Origin: an uncultured Pelagibacteraceae bacterium
GTDB taxonomy: Bacteria; Pseudomonadota; Alphaproteobacteria; Pelagibacterales; Pelagibacteraceae
DNA: 64,000 bases
Direction of reading: 5' to 3'
Assembly (NCBI GenBank): GCA_902574705.1
Contig: CACGOM010000003.1
Location: 12,405-76,404, forward strand
The notes beneath the pieces were generated by a model. That model searched no databases and had not been told where the DNA came from. It saw only the letters and a program-made list of their open reading frames with translations. The stretch's first letter is position 1, and every line of letters starts with the position of its first letter. Below, piece by piece: positions 61,481 through 64,000 of the stretch. The position numbers and the translations under genes were made by a program.

Positions 61481-62120
61481 TAAAAATTTTTTTAATTACG
61501 TAAAATGCAAAAATTGCACCTAGTAATTCTGCAATAATATAAAAAGGTGTATTTAGATAATTTATTCCAGTAAATGTATCAGTGAAGGTTCTTGCTATAG
61601 CTACTGCAGGATTTGCGAAAGATGTCGATGATGTAAACCAATAACCTGCAGTAATATATAATCCAACACATGATGCAACAACAAGCTTGCCTGATTTTAA
61701 TGAACCAAAAATAACCAATATTAATCCAAAAGTCGCTACTATTTCTGCAGTAAAAATATAAATACCATCTCTAGATTTTTGAGATAATTCATATATTGGA
61801 AGTTCAAAAAAAAAGTTGGCTAATCCAACTCCAGTTAAACATCCGATTATTTGTGCAGCTATGTAATTAAATAATAATTTCCTCTTAAGTTTTCCTGCTA
61901 AATACATTACAAAACTAACAAAAGGATTAAAATGAGCACCAGATACATCTGCGAAAACTGTTATTAAAACAAATAGACCTGCTCCTGTTGCTAAAGTGTT
62001 AGCAATAAGCATAACTGCATAATCATCTGTTAGATTTTCCGCCATTATGCCAGATCCTACAATGATCATTACCAAGAAGCAGCTTCCAATTAATTCACCT
62101 AAAATATATTTATTTTTCAT
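61473..62120 (-). CDS. MIP/aquaporin family protein (AqpS-like arsenite channel)
   Basis: GSGIMA, SGAHFNP and YWFTSSTSFANPAV motifs; coupled to arsC. Confidence 0.85.
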   Translation of the reverse strand: MKNKYILGELIGSCFLVMIIVGSGIMAENLTDDYAVMLIANTLATGAGLFVLITVFADVSGAHFNPFVSFVMYLAGKLKRKLLFNYIAAQIIGCLTGVGLANFFFELPIYELSQKSRDGIYIFTAEIVATFGLILVIFGSLKSGKLVVASCVGLYITAGYWFTSSTSFANPAVAIARTFTDTFTGINYLNTPFYIIAELLGAIFAFYVIKKIFIK

Positions 62121-62541
62121 TTAATAGCTCATTAATTTTTTTAAAAATAATCTTGTATGTAGTCTCTAAAATATATTTTTTTCTATTGATATCATTTGTA
62201 GAATTTAGTCTTGCAACAGGATCTTCTATGTCCCAATGAATTAATTGATCTTTATTAGGCCAAATAGGACAGACTTCATTATTGGCATTATTACAAACTG
62301 TAACAACATAATCCATTTTAACTTGACTATTAATAAATTCATTAAAATTTTTAGATCTATAATTTGAAAGATCATAATGTTTTGATAATAAATAATTCTT
62401 CACATCTTCATTTACTTTTCCTGTTGGATTGCTCCCAGCGCTAAAACCTTTATACATATTATTATACTCATTATTTATTATACTCTCAGCAATAATACTT
62501 CTTGCGGAGTTTCCTGTGCAAACGAAAAGAATGTTTTTCAT
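62110..62541 (-). CDS. arsC: Arsenate reductase, LMW-PTP/thioredoxin type
   Basis: CTGNSARS P-loop, TVC...CP resolving cysteines and HWDIEDP. Confidence 0.85.
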   Translation of the reverse strand: MKNILFVCTGNSARSIIAESIINNEYNNMYKGFSAGSNPTGKVNEDVKNYLLSKHYDLSNYRSKNFNEFINSQVKMDYVVTVCNNANNEVCPIWPNKDQLIHWDIEDPVARLNSTNDINRKKYILETTYKIIFKKINELLNEK

Positions 62542-62762
62542 CAAATAATAACTTTATAAATTCCAATTAAAAATAAAGGCACTTGTAAGCCAAAGTTTGT
62601 AAGAATAGCTTTATCTTTGCTCATAAAACCAGCTATTGTCCACCCTACTACACCTAATCCATGAAAATAAATATTTAATGGGTATATATTCAAGTTTGTT
62701 AAAAGTATTCCTATTAATACTAAAAAGGTACTTATCCATTTAAGATATTTTTTTATAAACAT
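62541..62762 (-). CDS. Small three-TM membrane protein (DUF6552-like)
   Basis: KW...LIG..LT..NIYP.N...GW pattern; strong GGAGGAG RBS. Confidence 0.72.
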   Translation of the reverse strand: MFIKKYLKWISTFLVLIGILLTNLNIYPLNIYFHGLGVVGWTIAGFMSKDKAILTNFGLQVPLFLIGIYKVII

Positions 62763-62784
62763 ATTGTCTCCTCCCTATCTGGTA

Positions 62785-62814
62785 TATTAATATAATGTTA
62801 AGGTTTTATTAAAA
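62785..62814 (-). promoter_or_regulatory. Pho box array upstream of the small-TM/arsC/aquaporin operon
   Basis: Reverse complement TTTTAAT-AAAA-CCTTAAC-ATTA-TATTAAT-A is 25/30 identical to the pstS array. Confidence 0.65.
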
Positions 62815-62836
62815 TAAATAATAAGCATCATAATTT

Positions 62837-64000
62837 ATGAAAAAACTTTGGTCTGCCAGCAAATCAGAAATTGCAAATTCAAATCTTGCAAATTATGAAG
62901 ATTATATCTCACAAAAATACAACCAAAAGTTCAAAGGAAGTTATAAAAATATTTTAACTTGGAGTATAAAAAATTCAGCTAAATTTTGGGAGTCGATCTG
63001 GGATTATAGTAAAGTTAAAGGTAAAAAGGGCTCAATAAATTTAAAGAAATCCAAAACATTTTATAAAAATTACTTTCTATCAGATTACAAATTAAATTTT
63101 GCAGAAAATTTATTATCGAAAAAAGATAACTCCAAAGCAATAACTTTTATAAGTGAAAATGGGTATAAAGAAAAAAGAACTTGGAAACAATTAAACATAA
63201 ATTCAAATAAAATAATTAGTTTTCTAAAATCAAATAATATTAAAAGCGGTGACAGAGTTGCAGCTTATCTTCCAAATATAATTGAAACAGTTGAATATTT
63301 TATTGGAACAAGTGCTATCGGTGCAATTTGGTCATCATGCTCTCCAGATTTTGGAGTCAAAGGAGTTATTGAAAGATTTGCTCAGATTAAACCTAAAATA
63401 TTAGTTATAGCAGATAGATATTATTATAATGGAAAAGAGATTAATGTTATTGAACGACTTACAGAAATATTAAAAAAAATTAAATCAATTAAAAGAGTAG
63501 TTGTTTTAAGTTATCCTGGAAAAAAGCTTACTAAATTTAAGAAAATTACGGGAATTAAGTATTTTTATTCTAAAGATATAAAAAACATAAAAGAAACAAA
63601 TCATATATTAAAGAAATTTAACTTTGATCATCCTTTAGCCATCCTTTACTCAAGTGGAACTACAGGAAAGCCGAAGTGTATTTGTCATAGAACTGGTGGT
63701 GTACTACTGCAACATTTAAAAGAACATCAATTACACTGTGAAATCAAACCTGGAGATAATATTTTTTATTTTACTACATGTGGTTGGATGATGTGGAATT
63801 GGCTAGTAAGCTCTCTTGCATCTAAAGCATCAATTTTGCTTTTTGATGGTTTTCCAATGTATAAAAAAAATGATTTATTATTAAAAGTGGTAGATAAAGA
63901 AAAGGTTAAATTACTTGGAGTTAGTGCAAAATATATTGATAGCCTTAAAAAATTAAATCTTAAAATAAAAAGTAAATTTAAACTTAAAAATCTTAAAGTA
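62837..64000 (+). CDS. Acetoacetate--CoA ligase (3' end outside window)
   Basis: Manual translation: LNFAENLL, WSSCSPDFG, ILYSSGTTGKPKCI and TTCGWMMWNW. Confidence 0.9.
   Translation, partial: MKKLWSASKSEIANSNLANYEDYISQKYNQKFKGSYKNILTWSIKNSAKFWESIWDYSKVKGKKGSINLKKSKTFYKNYFLSDYKLNFAENLLSKKDNSKAITFISENGYKEKRTWKQLNINSNKIISFLKSNNIKSGDRVAAYLPNIIETVEYFIGTSAIGAIWSSCSPDFGVKGVIERFAQIKPKILVIADRYYYNGKEINVIERLTEILKKIKSIKRVVVLSYPGKKLTKFKKITGIKYFYSKDIKNIKETNHILKKFNFDHPLAILYSSGTTGKPKCICHRTGGVLLQHLKEHQLHCEIKPGDNIFYFTTCGWMMWNWLVSSLASKASILLFDGFPMYKKNDLLLKVVDKEKVKLLGVSAKYIDSLKKLNLKIKSKFKLKNLKV

Overview
A very AT-rich, streamlined alphaproteobacterial chromosome segment with tiny intergenic spaces. Gene content and style are typical of SAR11/Pelagibacterales (inferred, not looked up). 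In order: nuoDCBA, tRNA-Asp/Val, lon-clpX-clpP-tig, tRNA-Leu and guaC; an organosulfonate/sulfite block (GcvT-family dehydrogenase, xsc, suyAB, TauE exporter, aprMBA, HIT protein); pabBAC, metC, mnmA, cysQ, recX, bcp, amtB, HU and rseP; a TPP-riboswitch-led ThiV-type symporter, csiD and znuACB-zur; a structured intergenic RNA candidate; aceA with a RamB/ScfR regulator; cytochromes c' and b561; phoR-pstSCAB-phoU-phoB; a convergent small-membrane-protein/arsC/aquaporin operon; and a truncated acetoacetate-CoA ligase. No IS, prophage or CRISPR was seen. The best leads are: (1) the ArsR-less arsenate-detox operon carries a Pho-box array 25/30 identical to the pstS one; (2) a ~160-nt structured ncRNA candidate behind a back-to-back promoter-like inverted repeat; (3) an unannotated 27-aa ultra-basic ORF resembling tiny ribosomal proteins; (4) a TPP-riboswitch variant with a degenerate pyrophosphate-binding arm; (5) a HIT protein next to aprMBA with no sat in the window.
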